Positions 20,677-30,527 of a stretch of DNA of 64,000 nucleotides are shown piece by piece. Each line of letters opens with the position of its first letter. Position 1 is the stretch's first letter. Position numbers and translations under genes: made by a program. The notes below the pieces were generated by a model. It did no database searches and had not been told where the DNA came from. It saw only the letters and a list, made by a program, of their open reading frames with translations. Source of the stretch: Terriglobia bacterium (GTDB taxonomy: Bacteria > Acidobacteriota > Terriglobia > Terriglobales > Acidobacteriaceae); the NCBI GenBank assembly GCA_963799065.1, contig CAWCVJ010000003.1:569573-633572 (forward strand), read 5' to 3'.

Positions 20677-23349
20677 ATGGCTGACGATCAGAATCCTGAG
20701 CTTCCTTTAACGCCTCCGCCCGGTGGCGGAGACCGTGCCAATCCCTCCGGCGCCAACATTCAACCGGTCAATATCGAAGAGGAGATGAAGCGGTCGTACC
20801 TCGACTATTCGATGTCGGTGATCGTGGGCCGCGCGCTGCCCGATGTGCGTGATGGATTGAAGCCAGTGCATCGCCGCATCCTGTATCACATGTTCGATTC
20901 CGGCCTGCTGCACAATCGCCGGTATGTGAAGTGCGCCCGCGTGGTCGGCGAGACCATGGGCAAGTATCATCCGCACGGAGATACGGCGCTTTATGACGCG
21001 CTGGTGCGCATGGCGCAGCCGTTTTCGCTGCGCTATCCGCTGATCGATGGTCAGGGAAATTATGGCTCGGTCGACGACGATCCGCCGGCGGCGATGCGTT
21101 ACACCGAGTGCCGCCTGGCGCGCATGGCGGAGGACCTCAACGCCGACATCGATAAAGATACGGTCGATTTTGTCCCGACCTATGACGATTCGAACGTGCA
21201 GCCCGAAGTTCTGCCCACGCGGATTCCGAATCTGCTGGTCAACGGATCGAATGGCATCGCGGTCGGCATGGCGACCAATATTCCGCCGCACAATTTGACC
21301 GAGATCGTTGAAGCGGCAATCCTGCTGGTCAACCATCCGGAGACTTCGCTGCCTGAGATTTTGAAAATCGTGAAAGGTCCGGACTTCCCGACCTACGGCA
21401 TCATCCACGGCAAAGCGGGAATTTACGAGGCTTACAAAACCGGGCGCGGACGCTTTATGATGCGCGCCAAGGCTGGCATCGAGACCTTCAACAAAGATCG
21501 CCAGGCGATTATCGTTACGCAGATTCCTTATCAGGTCAGCAAGAAGCGGTTAATCGAGCGTATTGCCCAGTTGGTCAATGACAAGATAGTAGATGACATT
21601 TCCGATATCCGCGATGAGAGCGATCGCGACGGCATGCGCATTGTGATCGAACTCAAGCGTGGCGCCGAGCCGCAGATCGTGCTCAATCAGCTCTTCAAGC
21701 ACACCTCGATGCAGGAAGGTTTCAGCATGATCTTCCTCGCCGTCGTGAACGGCCAGCCCAAAGAGATGGGCCTGATCCAGGCGATTCAGCACTTCATCGA
21801 TCATCGCGTGGATGTGGTGCGGCGGCGCACCGCTTACTTGCTGAGAAAAGCCAAAGACCGCGAACACATTCTCGAAGGCTATCTCACGGCGCTTGAACAT
21901 CTCGACGCCGTCATTACGATTATTCGTGCGAGTGGCAACCGTGCCGAAGCGAGAGAGAATCTAGTCTCGTATTTTGCGGGACGCAAGATCGATATTAACG
22001 TCACGGGAAGGGCCCCTAAGGTTGATCCGGAAAAGCCTTTCACTGCGCTGCAAGCCGACGCCATTCTCGAATTGCAACTGCATCGATTGACCCGGCTCTC
22101 CATTGACGAAATCACCAAAGAACTGAAGCTCACGCGCGACAACATCGCGGAGTATGAGTTGATTCTCGGTTCCGAAAAGAAGCTGCGCGGCGTCATCATT
22201 AAAGAGCTGGAAGAAGTGAAGAAGCTCTATGGCGACGAACGCCGCACCGTCATCGAAGACGAAGCCGCTGAGATCAGCCTCGAAGATCTAATCGCGGACG
22301 AGCAAGTTGCGGTGACGGTGAGCCATACCGGATACCTGAAGCGCACTGCCATCTCCACTTATCGCAGCCAGCGCCGTGGTGGTACGGGACGCATGGGCAT
22401 GAAGACTCGCGACGAAGATTTCGTCGAGCATTTGTTTATCGCGTCCACGCATGCCTACATTCTTATTTTCACCAATAAGGGCCGCGTCTACTGGCTGAAG
22501 GTTTACGAAATTCCCGACGTGGGCGCAGCGGGCAAGGGTAAGCACGTGGGCAATCTGGTCTCACTGCAACCCGGCGAAACGGTGCGCACCATGCTGGCCG
22601 TGCGCAATCTGGAAGAAGAAGGCCGCTTCATTTTCTTTGCCACGCGCAATGGAACGGTTAAGAAGACCGAGCTGAAAGACTTCTGCAACGTCATGCAGCG
22701 CGGAATCATTGCGATTGGTATCGAAGAGAACGACGAACTTGTCGGAGTAACGCTCACCGACGGCAGTCAAATCATTTTCCTAGCTTCGCACGATGGCCAG
22801 GCGATCCGCTTCGACGAAGGCGACGTCCGCTCCATGGGGCGCCCGGCTTACGGCGTACGCGGCATGAATCTCGACGAGAAAGATTACATCGTCGGCATGG
22901 CAACTACTGCTAAAGACGCGAAGAAAGCCGCGGCTGAGGTTGAGAAGGCCAAGGCAAAGACGGGGATCGCAGAGGCCACGGCTACAGACGAGACGCTGCC
23001 CATCAAAGGGTCGCTGATTCTGTCTGTCACCGAAAACGGCTATGGCAAGCGAACTCCGGCGGACGAATATCGTTTGCAAAATCGTGGCGGCTCTGGAGTC
23101 ATTAATGTGAAGACCACCGAACGTAATGGCAAAGTTACGGGCATCGCGCAGGTCACGGAGAATTCCGAAGTGATGCTGATCAGCCAATACGGAAAGATTA
23201 TCCGCATGGACTCCAGCACCATTCGCGAGTCTGGCCGCGCCGCGCAAGGTGTGCGGCTGCTGCATCTGGAGCCGGGCGATCGGGTCGCGGCGGCAGTGGT
23301 GATTCCTCTGGAAGTGGAACCGACCAACGGGGGCGGGCTGCTTCAGTAG
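20677..23349 (+). CDS. gyrA: DNA gyrase subunit A
   Basis: [66 protein letters not shown] and [19 protein letters not shown] are present, with C-terminal beta-pinwheel repeats. Confidence 0.97.
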   Translation: MADDQNPELPLTPPPGGGDRANPSGANIQPVNIEEEMKRSYLDYSMSVIVGRALPDVRDGLKPVHRRILYHMFDSGLLHNRRYVKCARVVGETMGKYHPHGDTALYDALVRMAQPFSLRYPLIDGQGNYGSVDDDPPAAMRYTECRLARMAEDLNADIDKDTVDFVPTYDDSNVQPEVLPTRIPNLLVNGSNGIAVGMATNIPPHNLTEIVEAAILLVNHPETSLPEILKIVKGPDFPTYGIIHGKAGIYEAYKTGRGRFMMRAKAGIETFNKDRQAIIVTQIPYQVSKKRLIERIAQLVNDKIVDDISDIRDESDRDGMRIVIELKRGAEPQIVLNQLFKHTSMQEGFSMIFLAVVNGQPKEMGLIQAIQHFIDHRVDVVRRRTAYLLRKAKDREHILEGYLTALEHLDAVITIIRASGNRAEARENLVSYFAGRKIDINVTGRAPKVDPEKPFTALQADAILELQLHRLTRLSIDEITKELKLTRDNIAEYELILGSEKKLRGVIIKELEEVKKLYGDERRTVIEDEAAEISLEDLIADEQVAVTVSHTGYLKRTAISTYRSQRRGGTGRMGMKTRDEDFVEHLFIASTHAYILIFTNKGRVYWLKVYEIPDVGAAGKGKHVGNLVSLQPGETVRTMLAVRNLEEEGRFIFFATRNGTVKKTELKDFCNVMQRGIIAIGIEENDELVGVTLTDGSQIIFLASHDGQAIRFDEGDVRSMGRPAYGVRGMNLDEKDYIVGMATTAKDAKKAAAEVEKAKAKTGIAEATATDETLPIKGSLILSVTENGYGKRTPADEYRLQNRGGSGVINVKTTERNGKVTGIAQVTENSEVMLISQYGKIIRMDSSTIRESGRAAQGVRLLHLEPGDRVAAAVVIPLEVEPTNGGGLLQ

Positions 23350-23371
23350 TCGCGATGATCCGGCGCACGAT

Positions 23372-24133
23372 TTGACTGCACAGGTTGCCATCTTAATATT
23401 CGCCGCCGGAGTGATTGGGGGCGCGATCAACTCCGTTGCGGGCGGAGGCAGCTTTGTGGCGTTTCCGGCGCTGCTGTTTACGGGTGTGCCGCCCATTCCT
23501 GCGAATGCCACTAACACGGTCGCGCTATGGGCGGGCGCGGCGGCCAGCGGCGGAGCTTACCGCAGCCGCCTTGATGTGGCCCGGCGAGTCTTGATTCCCC
23601 TGTTAGCCTCCAGCTTCGCCGGTGGAATTCTGGGCGCGTATCTACTGGTTAAGACACCGGCACAAACCTTCCTTCAGGTATTACCCTGGTTGACTTTGAG
23701 TGCGACCCTGCTGTTTGCCTTTGGAAAAAAGCTTGCGGGCCAGCGCGCGGGCATTGCCAAGGACGCTACCGCAGCGGCCATCCTCGGCGCGGCCGGATTT
23801 CAGTTTCTGGTGGCCATCTACGGCGGCTACTTCGGCGGAGGCATGGGGATTGTGATGCTCGCTATGCTGGCGATCATGGGTATGACCGATATACACGCGA
23901 TGAACGCGCTTAAGACGGTGATGGCGCTGGTGATCAACGGAGTCGCAGTTGCGACGTTCGTCGTGGCCCGGGTGGTCTACTGGCCGCAGGCGATTGTGAT
24001 GACGGCAGGGGCCATCGCGGGCGGATATTTTGGCGCGAAGTACGCGCAGCGCGTGCCGGGGATTTATATCCGCAGTTTTGTGATTTTGGTGGGCACGGGG
24101 ATGACGATTTACTTCTTCTGCAAGTCCTACTAA
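23372..24133 (+). CDS. sulfite exporter TauE/SafE family membrane protein
   Basis: GVIGGAINSVAGGGSFVAFPALLFTGVPPIPANATN plus a second half-repeat, in a 7-8 TM layout. Starts with TTG. Confidence 0.8.
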   Translation: MTAQVAILIFAAGVIGGAINSVAGGGSFVAFPALLFTGVPPIPANATNTVALWAGAAASGGAYRSRLDVARRVLIPLLASSFAGGILGAYLLVKTPAQTFLQVLPWLTLSATLLFAFGKKLAGQRAGIAKDATAAAILGAAGFQFLVAIYGGYFGGGMGIVMLAMLAIMGMTDIHAMNALKTVMALVINGVAVATFVVARVVYWPQAIVMTAGAIAGGYFGAKYAQRVPGIYIRSFVILVGTGMTIYFFCKSY

Positions 24134-24153
24134 AGGGTGTCGATTCACACCCT
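24134..24153. terminator. short hairpin between convergent genes
   Basis: AGGGTGT cgattc ACACCCT. There is no T-run, so it may only be a stabilising stem. Confidence 0.3.
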
Positions 24154-24157
24154 ACGA

Positions 24158-24559
24158 TTAGACTCTTCTTCCTAACTTCTTACGGACGGTTGGCGCTCTC
24201 CTGGAGTCTGGATCAGGGATTGAAGCGGGAGTGGAGCGAGTTGGCCGCTGGAGCTTAGAATTCATTCCGTCAAGGTGCAGGTTGGGCTTTCGGTGGAGCA
24301 GTTTCAACAAAACACCTACAGGGTTGTCCTTGTCTAAAGGGTGCCGCAGGGGCAGATCCGGACGCACTGCATAGCGATTCCGCCTTCCTACTTTCGAGTG
24401 TTCCAAATATCCCTCGTCAATCAAGTCGGCGACAATTCTTTGGGCAGAGCGTTCCGTGATGCCGACTTTGGCCGCGACTTCCACCATCCGGATATTGGGG
24501 TCGGCCGCGATGCAGAGAAAGACGTGACCATAGTTGGTGAGGAACGTCCAGTTTTCCAT
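24158..24559 (-). CDS. winged-helix (MarR/ArsR-like) transcriptional regulator
   Basis: IRMVEVAAKVGITERSAQRIVADLIDEGYLEHSKVGRRNRY is an HTH plus wing pattern. It is transcribed divergently from icd. Confidence 0.7.
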   Translation of the reverse strand: MENWTFLTNYGHVFLCIAADPNIRMVEVAAKVGITERSAQRIVADLIDEGYLEHSKVGRRNRYAVRPDLPLRHPLDKDNPVGVLLKLLHRKPNLHLDGMNSKLQRPTRSTPASIPDPDSRRAPTVRKKLGRRV

Positions 24560-24606
24560 GAAGCACCTATTGTGGCATATCGAACGCCTTGCGAAACACG
24601 AAATAC

Positions 24607-26109
24607 ATGTCGTATATTGAAAAGGCGATTGCAGCCAACTTTCAACGATTAAGGAGAACGGCTCTGTCTCAAACCACCAGCATCACCGTCGCCTATGGCG
24701 ATGGCGTCGGCCCGGAAATCATGGAAACTACACTTTTTGCGCTCCGCGAAGCGGGCGCCCAACTGCGGCTTGAAACCATTGAAATAGGCGAAGGAGTCTA
24801 CAAGCGCGGACATACGTCGGGCATTGAGCCGTCGTCGTGGGACTCATTGCGCCGCACCAAAGTCTTTTTGAAGGCTCCGATCACGACCCCGCAGGGAGGC
24901 GGTTTCAAGAGCTTGAATGTCACCATCCGTAAGACTCTGGGACTTTTCGCCAATGTGCGGCCTTGCGTGTCGTATCACCCCGTGATTGCAACCAAGCACC
25001 CGGTCATGGATGTCGTGATCGTGCGGGAGAACGAAGAAGACCTGTACGCCGGCATCGAACACCGTGAGACCGATCAGGTGATGCAATGCCTGAAGCTGAT
25101 CACGCGGCCGGGCTGCGAGAAAATCGTGCGCTATGCCTTTGAATACGCCAAACGCAATCATCGAAAGAAGGTGACTTGTTTTACCAAAGACAACATCATG
25201 AAGCTTACCGACGGCCTGTTCCACAGGGTCTTCGATGAGATCGCCAGGGAATATCCCGACATTGCCAATGAGCACTGGATCGTCGACATTGGAGCGGCCC
25301 GGTTGGCGGATACGCCGGAGGTGTTCGAGGTGATGGTGATGCCCAATCTGTATGGCGACATCCTTTCGGACGTTGCGGCTCAGATTACGGGTTCGATCGG
25401 CCTGGCGGGATCGGCCAACATTGGCGAGCATGTGGCCATGTTCGAAGCGATTCACGGGTCTGCGCCGGCGCTGGCCGGGCAGAATGTTGCGAATCCAGCG
25501 GGGCTGCTGCTGAGCGCGGTGATGATGCTGGTGCACATTGGGCAGAGTGAAGTTGCCGGGCGCGTCCACAATGCCTTCCTGCGCACGATTGAGGAGGGGA
25601 TTCACACGTTCGATATTTTCCGCGAGGGCGTGAGCGTGCAGAGAGTGGGAACGGCAGAGTTCGGCAAGGCCGTCGTTGCACGTTTAGGGCAGTTGCCGCA
25701 GAGCCTGAAGCCAGTGCAGTACAAGCTCGCGGATCGTCCGATTCAGGCGCATTACACGCCCAGAAAGCCCGCCGAAAAGAAACTCGTTGGCGTCGATATT
25801 TTCCTGGATTGGCGACAGGGTAAACCGGACGAACTGGCGGAAAGACTGCGCCAAGTCGAGTGCGACGGATTCCAATTGAATATGATTACCAACCGCGGGG
25901 TGAAGGTTTGGCCGGCGGGCGTGCCGGAGACGTTTTGCACCGATCACTGGCGCTGCCGGTTTACTCAGGCCAATGGGAATGGAGTGACTCATCGGCAGAT
26001 TATCGGATTGATGGGGCGGATCGAGCAGGCGGGCCTCGATTTCATCAAGACGGAGCATCTGTGCACCTTCGACGGGGAGCCAGGATTCTCTCTCGGTCAA
26101 GGCCAGTGA
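24607..26109 (+). CDS. icd: isocitrate dehydrogenase (NADP-type, long form with C-terminal extra domain)
   Basis: ITVAYGDGVGPEIM, SLNVTIRKTLGLFANVRP, VIVRENEEDLYAG, NLYGDILSD and GSAPALAGQNVANP fit the isocitrate/isopropylmalate dehydrogenase family. The ~120-aa C-terminal extension resembles Thermus-type ICDH. The start is uncertain (24589 or 24607). Confidence 0.8.
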   Translation: MSYIEKAIAANFQRLRRTALSQTTSITVAYGDGVGPEIMETTLFALREAGAQLRLETIEIGEGVYKRGHTSGIEPSSWDSLRRTKVFLKAPITTPQGGGFKSLNVTIRKTLGLFANVRPCVSYHPVIATKHPVMDVVIVRENEEDLYAGIEHRETDQVMQCLKLITRPGCEKIVRYAFEYAKRNHRKKVTCFTKDNIMKLTDGLFHRVFDEIAREYPDIANEHWIVDIGAARLADTPEVFEVMVMPNLYGDILSDVAAQITGSIGLAGSANIGEHVAMFEAIHGSAPALAGQNVANPAGLLLSAVMMLVHIGQSEVAGRVHNAFLRTIEEGIHTFDIFREGVSVQRVGTAEFGKAVVARLGQLPQSLKPVQYKLADRPIQAHYTPRKPAEKKLVGVDIFLDWRQGKPDELAERLRQVECDGFQLNMITNRGVKVWPAGVPETFCTDHWRCRFTQANGNGVTHRQIIGLMGRIEQAGLDFIKTEHLCTFDGEPGFSLGQGQ

Positions 26110-26191
26110 TGATCCATTGGTCCTCGTAGGCCAGCGCAGTCGAGCACTTGTTGGGGCCTTCTACCAGGCCGAGTGTATCCCCGGCGATGGT

Positions 26192-26773
26192 TCAAATTCG
26201 CCGAAGCCTTGTCTGGCTGTTCTTAGGCCTTACAAACCTGGGCCTGACAAACTTGGGCCTGGAAAACTTGAGCCCCTCCCTGGAAAAAAGATAAGGTTCT
26301 CCGATGAGGCTGGAATAGCGGGAGGCTAATTGGCGCCATGAAGCTCGCATCTCCGCGGCGGGCGCGGCTTGCGCAAAGACCGGGAGAAAGCTGCCGCTTT
26401 CAGTGGATGAGGTCATGGCAGCGGCCGGAACAACCAGCGTTCTGAGAACCGCATGGCGTCTTTCATCCGGGCGCAATTCCCCTTGCAGGGCGCACCCTTC
26501 CAGCCAGCACAGCGTCCAAATCCCGGAGCAAGAGATGGATTTCAAGACGCCGACCTCGGGCTCCAGGGTCTGGGAAGGAAGTCTCTCTGTCCGAGCGTGA
26601 AAACAGGAAGGTAGATCACGCTCCAGGTACTCGTTCACCCAAATTCCCACTAAGTCAGTCTGGCCATCGGATTCGGAAGCGGCTCGTTCGTGTGCGAGGA
26701 ATCGTTCGACCAACGAAAGCGAAGGGTCGATGTCGCCAAAGCTACGCACCAGGAGCAGTTGCGCCTTTGTCAT
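26192..26773 (-). CDS. hypothetical protein (weakly supported)
   Basis: ORF only, with no recognisable motif. The C-terminal KFSRPKFVRPRFVRPK is encoded by three tandem 15-mers. Confidence 0.3.
   Translation of the reverse strand: MTKAQLLLVRSFGDIDPSLSLVERFLAHERAASESDGQTDLVGIWVNEYLERDLPSCFHARTERLPSQTLEPEVGVLKSISCSGIWTLCWLEGCALQGELRPDERRHAVLRTLVVPAAAMTSSTESGSFLPVFAQAAPAAEMRASWRQLASRYSSLIGEPYLFSREGLKFSRPKFVRPRFVRPKNSQTRLRRI
26232..26276. repeat. three tandem 15-nt repeats
   Basis: ACAAACCTGGGCCTG / ACAAACTTGGGCCTG / GAAAACTTGAGCCCC. Confidence 0.7.
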
Positions 26774-26911
26774 ATACGACATATATAACATGAGTTACAT
26801 ATCGTATATTACTTTTTTAATCGTGATGGGAGCCTGGTCGAGAGGATAAGCTCCGACGGATGTATATGGGTAGTCGCGAATCAACCGGGTGTTCCGAGTC
26901 AGAAAACCCGC

Positions 26912-27349
26912 CTACTGCGCCACCGGACTCTGAAGCTTGTCGATGTTGCGCGAGTTCTCAATGGCGACCGCGGCATAGTCGCAGAGGGATTGCAGGAAGA
27001 ACTGCTCCATGTCGTTGAAGTGGGCGAGATTGGCGTTGATTAACTGAACCACTCCCACGATGCGACGTTCGGAGCGCAATGGCATGCAGACGATGGAGCG
27101 AGTTTCCCACTTGGTGAGTTCGTCTACGCGCTTGGCGAAGCGTGGGTCTTTGCTTACGTCGGGAACGATGACATTCTCGCCATGCTGGGCGACGTAGCCA
27201 GCGATCCCCTCACCCATCTTGAGTCGGACTTTCTTCAAAGCCTCGGCGGCAGGGCCTACGGCGAGGGCGAAGTAGAGCTCGTTGCGTTCTTCGTCGATGA
27301 GGAGAAGCGACCAGTTGTCGGGGCGGAAGTATTCCGCCATCTTCTCCAT
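26912..27349 (-). CDS. stand-alone GAF domain protein (N-terminally truncated paralog of the upstream GAF-GGDEF sensor domain)
   Basis: MEKMAEYFRPDNWSLLLIDEE..GEGIAGYVAQHGENVIVPDV..DPRFAKRVDELTKWETRSIVCMPL aligns residue-for-residue with residues ~62-200 of the adjacent GGDEF protein. Confidence 0.8.
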   Translation of the reverse strand: MEKMAEYFRPDNWSLLLIDEERNELYFALAVGPAAEALKKVRLKMGEGIAGYVAQHGENVIVPDVSKDPRFAKRVDELTKWETRSIVCMPLRSERRIVGVVQLINANLAHFNDMEQFFLQSLCDYAAVAIENSRNIDKLQSPVAQ

Positions 27350-27369
27350 GATGGTTTGGAGCGTGGCGT

Positions 27370-28488
27370 CTATTTCATCACTCCGCGTTGTGCGATGCCG
27401 ATGTTATCGCGGCTGGTGTTTTTGACCAGGTACATCATTTCGTCGGCCTGGCGGATGATGTCATGCGGGGTCTTGGCGTCGTGCGGATACGTCGCTACGC
27501 CCATGGAAGCGCGGACATTGATATTCAAACCTTCCTCGCGGCAGAACATGCTGGTGCGAAGGCTATCGCGCAGCCGCTTGGCCACAACCAGCGCAGCGTC
27601 TTTGCTGGTCTGGGGCAACAGCACGACGAATTCGTCTCCGCCATAGCGGAAAGCATAGTCGATCAAGCGCAGCTGCGCCTTGATCAGGTATCCGATTTCG
27701 GCCAGGAGTTGGCTTCCGATCAAGTGGCCGTGAGTGTCATTGACCTGCTTGAAATGGTCGAGATCGATGAAGACGACCGTGAACTCGTAGTTAAACCGCG
27801 ACGAGCGATAGACCTCGGTTTCGAGGGTCTTATAAAGATGCCGGGCATTGTAGAGGCCGGTGCAGTCGTCGGTGATGGTGAGTTCCTGAATGCGCTCGAC
27901 CGCGCGGGCGTTTTCAATCGCAATGGAAGCGTAGTCGGAGAGCGACTGAAGGAAAAACTGCTCCTTCTCGCCAAAGTTCGCCATGTCCACGTTGACCAGC
28001 TGAATCACGCCCAGGATGCGCAAGCGTGAGCGCAGGGGGATGCAGATGATGGAGCGGGTTTCCCACTTGGTCATTTCGTCGATGCGCCTGGCGAAACGGG
28101 GATCGTTCACGACGTCGGGAACGATGAGATTCTCGCCGTGCTTGGCGACATAGCCCGCGATGCCCTCGCCGATCTTCAGGCGAACATTTTTCAAGGCTTC
28201 AGCCGCGGTGCCGACTGCGATGGCGAAATAGAGCTCTTCGCGTTCTTCATCGACCATCAGGAGCGACCAATTTTCGGGGCGGAAGTATTCAGCCATCTTC
28301 TCCATGATGGTTTGGAGAATGGAATCGAGGTCAAGGGACGAGGTCAGGGCTTTGGCAACATCATGAAAGATGTTGAGTTCAAGACTCTGCCGGTTCAACA
28401 TGGCCCCCGTGGCCTGGCTCATGAAAAAGTCCCCTCGAAAAGGCACCGCAAGTTCCATGATTATAGGTTCGGAGGGGTGGGTGGGCAA
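27370..28488 (-). CDS. GAF domain-containing diguanylate cyclase (GGDEF)
   Basis: GAF domain followed by TGLYNARHL...VVFIDLDHFKQVNDTHGHLIGSQLL...RYGGDEFVVLL. The likely true start is ATG 28422 (MSQATGAM), which follows GAGGGGA. Confidence 0.85.
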   Translation of the reverse strand: MPTHPSEPIIMELAVPFRGDFFMSQATGAMLNRQSLELNIFHDVAKALTSSLDLDSILQTIMEKMAEYFRPENWSLLMVDEEREELYFAIAVGTAAEALKNVRLKIGEGIAGYVAKHGENLIVPDVVNDPRFARRIDEMTKWETRSIICIPLRSRLRILGVIQLVNVDMANFGEKEQFFLQSLSDYASIAIENARAVERIQELTITDDCTGLYNARHLYKTLETEVYRSSRFNYEFTVVFIDLDHFKQVNDTHGHLIGSQLLAEIGYLIKAQLRLIDYAFRYGGDEFVVLLPQTSKDAALVVAKRLRDSLRTSMFCREEGLNINVRASMGVATYPHDAKTPHDIIRQADEMMYLVKNTSRDNIGIAQRGVMK

Positions 28489-28619
28489 TGCACCATTGGT
28501 AACATGTACCGTCGGGTGGGGCTTAAGCGGAAGATTCGAGACCCGAGAGGCTTCTAACGAGGGACGGAGCTGCGCCCGATTCTGATAGGCTCAAGCGAGG
28601 TGATTTTCACCAGGCTCCC

Positions 28620-29090
28620 ATGCTATTGGTACTGTGTTTTCTGATAGGCGCGATTACCGGGCTTCGCTCGATGACGGCCCCGGCGGCGGTTTGTTGGGGC
28701 GCGCATCTGGGGTGGCTGCATTTTGCCGGAACTAGATTTGCCTTTTTGGATCATCCGGCTTCGCTGATTGTTTTTACAGTGTTCGCCCTGGGCGAACTGG
28801 TGGCGGATAAGCTGCCGAAGACTCCTGCTCGAACTGCGCCGCCGGGGCTGATCACGCGGATCGTGTTCGGAGCGGCGTGTGCGGTGGCGCTGGCGATGAG
28901 CGCGGGCGCCGCCCTGCTGGTCGCGGGATTGATTGGCGTGGTTGGCGCGCTGGTCGGAACGTTCGGGGGCTATCACATTCGTCGTGCGCTGGTGCTCCGG
29001 GCGCACCTGCCTGATTTCGCCGTGGCCGTCGTCGAGGACCTGATTGCGATTGGCGGCGGGTTGCTGATGGTCGCGCATGTGTCTGTGTAG
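28620..29090 (+). CDS. DUF4126 family membrane protein
   Basis: GLRSMTAPAAV...ALGELVADKLPKTPART matches the family pattern. The protein has 4 TM segments. Confidence 0.65.
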   Translation: MLLVLCFLIGAITGLRSMTAPAAVCWGAHLGWLHFAGTRFAFLDHPASLIVFTVFALGELVADKLPKTPARTAPPGLITRIVFGAACAVALAMSAGAALLVAGLIGVVGALVGTFGGYHIRRALVLRAHLPDFAVAVVEDLIAIGGGLLMVAHVSV

Positions 29091-29111
29091 TCTTTGGCGA
29101 AAGAATTTCGT

Positions 29112-30527
29112 ATGACAGAATCATCCTCCCTCAGCACGGATAAGCCGACGCATTACGATGCGATCATCATCGGTTCCGGGCAAGCGGGCAATCCGCTCGC
29201 GGTGGCACTCTCCGATAAAGGCATGCGCACGGCCATGATTGAGTGCGCGGCCATTGGCGGGACTTGCGTCAACTACGGATGCACTCCGACGAAGACGATG
29301 GTGGCCAGCGCGGAGCTCGCCTATCAGGGGCGTCGGGCGGCGGAGTACGGAATCCGCTTGGGCGAAGTTTCTGTGGATATGGCGGCGGTTCGCGAACGCA
29401 AGCGCGGTGTGGTCAGGAGGTGGCGCGAGGGCAGTGAAAAACGGCTCGAAACCGCCCAACGGGTTGAGGTCATGCACGGCGAAGCGTCGTTTTCCGGACC
29501 GAAACAGGTTCGAGTGCGCCTGAATGCAGGAGGTGAGCGAACCCTCTTTTCGGATTTAATTGTGATCGACACTGGTTTGACGGCGAGTATTCCTGCGATC
29601 CCAGGTATGGACGCTGTTCCTTATCTGGACAATGTCAGCATTATGGAGCTGGGCGAGGTGCCGGAGCATTTGCTGGTCATGGGTGGCGGCTACATTGGGC
29701 TGGAGTTTGGTCAGATGTTCCGGCGCTTCGGGAGCCGCGTGACCATCGCTCAGCACGGGAAGCAGCTACTGACCGGAGAGGATGAAGACATTGCCGATGC
29801 CATTGCCGCGATTCTGAAAGAAGACGGAATCGAAATTTTACTGGAAGCAACGCCTCACTCAGTGTCAAGTTCGGATGGGAAATTGCACCTAGTGGGCAGT
29901 AGCCGAGGCCAGGCTGTGACGCTGGAAGGCACACACTTATTGGTTGCGACTGGGCGTCATCCCAACACCGAAAAGCTCAACCTGCAAGCTGCAGGCGTGG
30001 CCACGGACGACCGCGGCTACGTTCGCGTAAACGGCAAGCTGGAAACATCCGTTCCGGGGATTTACGCGGTCGGGGATGTCAACGGGGGGCCGGCGTTCAC
30101 ACATGTCTCCTATGACGACTACAGAATCCTGAAGGCCAATCTGTTGGACGGGGGCGATCGAAGCACCGCGGGGCGGTTCATCCCATGGTGCCTGTTTATC
30201 GATCCCCAATTTGGCCGTATTGGGCTGAGTGAGTTAGAAGCGCGAGCGCAAGGCAAAGGGGTTCGTGTGGCCAAGCTGCCGATGACTTCGGTGGCTCGGG
30301 CCGTGGAAACCGGCAAAACCCGCGGTTTTATGAAGGCGCTGGTGGATACTGAAACAGACGAAATTCTGGGTGCGGCGATTCTTGGCGAGGGCGGCGGCGA
30401 AATCATGTCCATGATTCAGATTGCCATGATGGGCAAGCTCCAATACACAGCGTTGCAGAGTGCCATCCTGGCCCACCCCACCTTAGCGGAGTCCCTGAAT
30501 AACTTGTTTAGCAAGATCGAGAAGTGA
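29112..30527 (+). CDS. FAD-dependent pyridine nucleotide-disulfide oxidoreductase (class I, MerA/Lpd-like but lacking the MerA C-terminal Cys pair)
   Basis: YDAIIIGSGQAGN (FAD binding), redox-active GGTCVNYGCTPTK, VMGGGYIGLEFG (NAD(P) binding) and C-terminal HPTLAE are present. Confidence 0.8.
   Translation: MTESSSLSTDKPTHYDAIIIGSGQAGNPLAVALSDKGMRTAMIECAAIGGTCVNYGCTPTKTMVASAELAYQGRRAAEYGIRLGEVSVDMAAVRERKRGVVRRWREGSEKRLETAQRVEVMHGEASFSGPKQVRVRLNAGGERTLFSDLIVIDTGLTASIPAIPGMDAVPYLDNVSIMELGEVPEHLLVMGGGYIGLEFGQMFRRFGSRVTIAQHGKQLLTGEDEDIADAIAAILKEDGIEILLEATPHSVSSSDGKLHLVGSSRGQAVTLEGTHLLVATGRHPNTEKLNLQAAGVATDDRGYVRVNGKLETSVPGIYAVGDVNGGPAFTHVSYDDYRILKANLLDGGDRSTAGRFIPWCLFIDPQFGRIGLSELEARAQGKGVRVAKLPMTSVARAVETGKTRGFMKALVDTETDEILGAAILGEGGGEIMSMIQIAMMGKLQYTALQSAILAHPTLAESLNNLFSKIEK

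Noticed and set aside
24567-24582. TGGCAT-N5-ACGC resembling a sigma-54 -24/-12 promoter upstream of icd.
   Set aside because: Only the GG and GC dinucleotides fit. The -12 TTGC element is missing, and icd is not an expected sigma-54 target.
26232-26276. Tandem 15-mers considered as a possible CRISPR-like or minisatellite array.
   Set aside because: There are only three contiguous units with no spacers and no cas genes, so this is not a CRISPR array.
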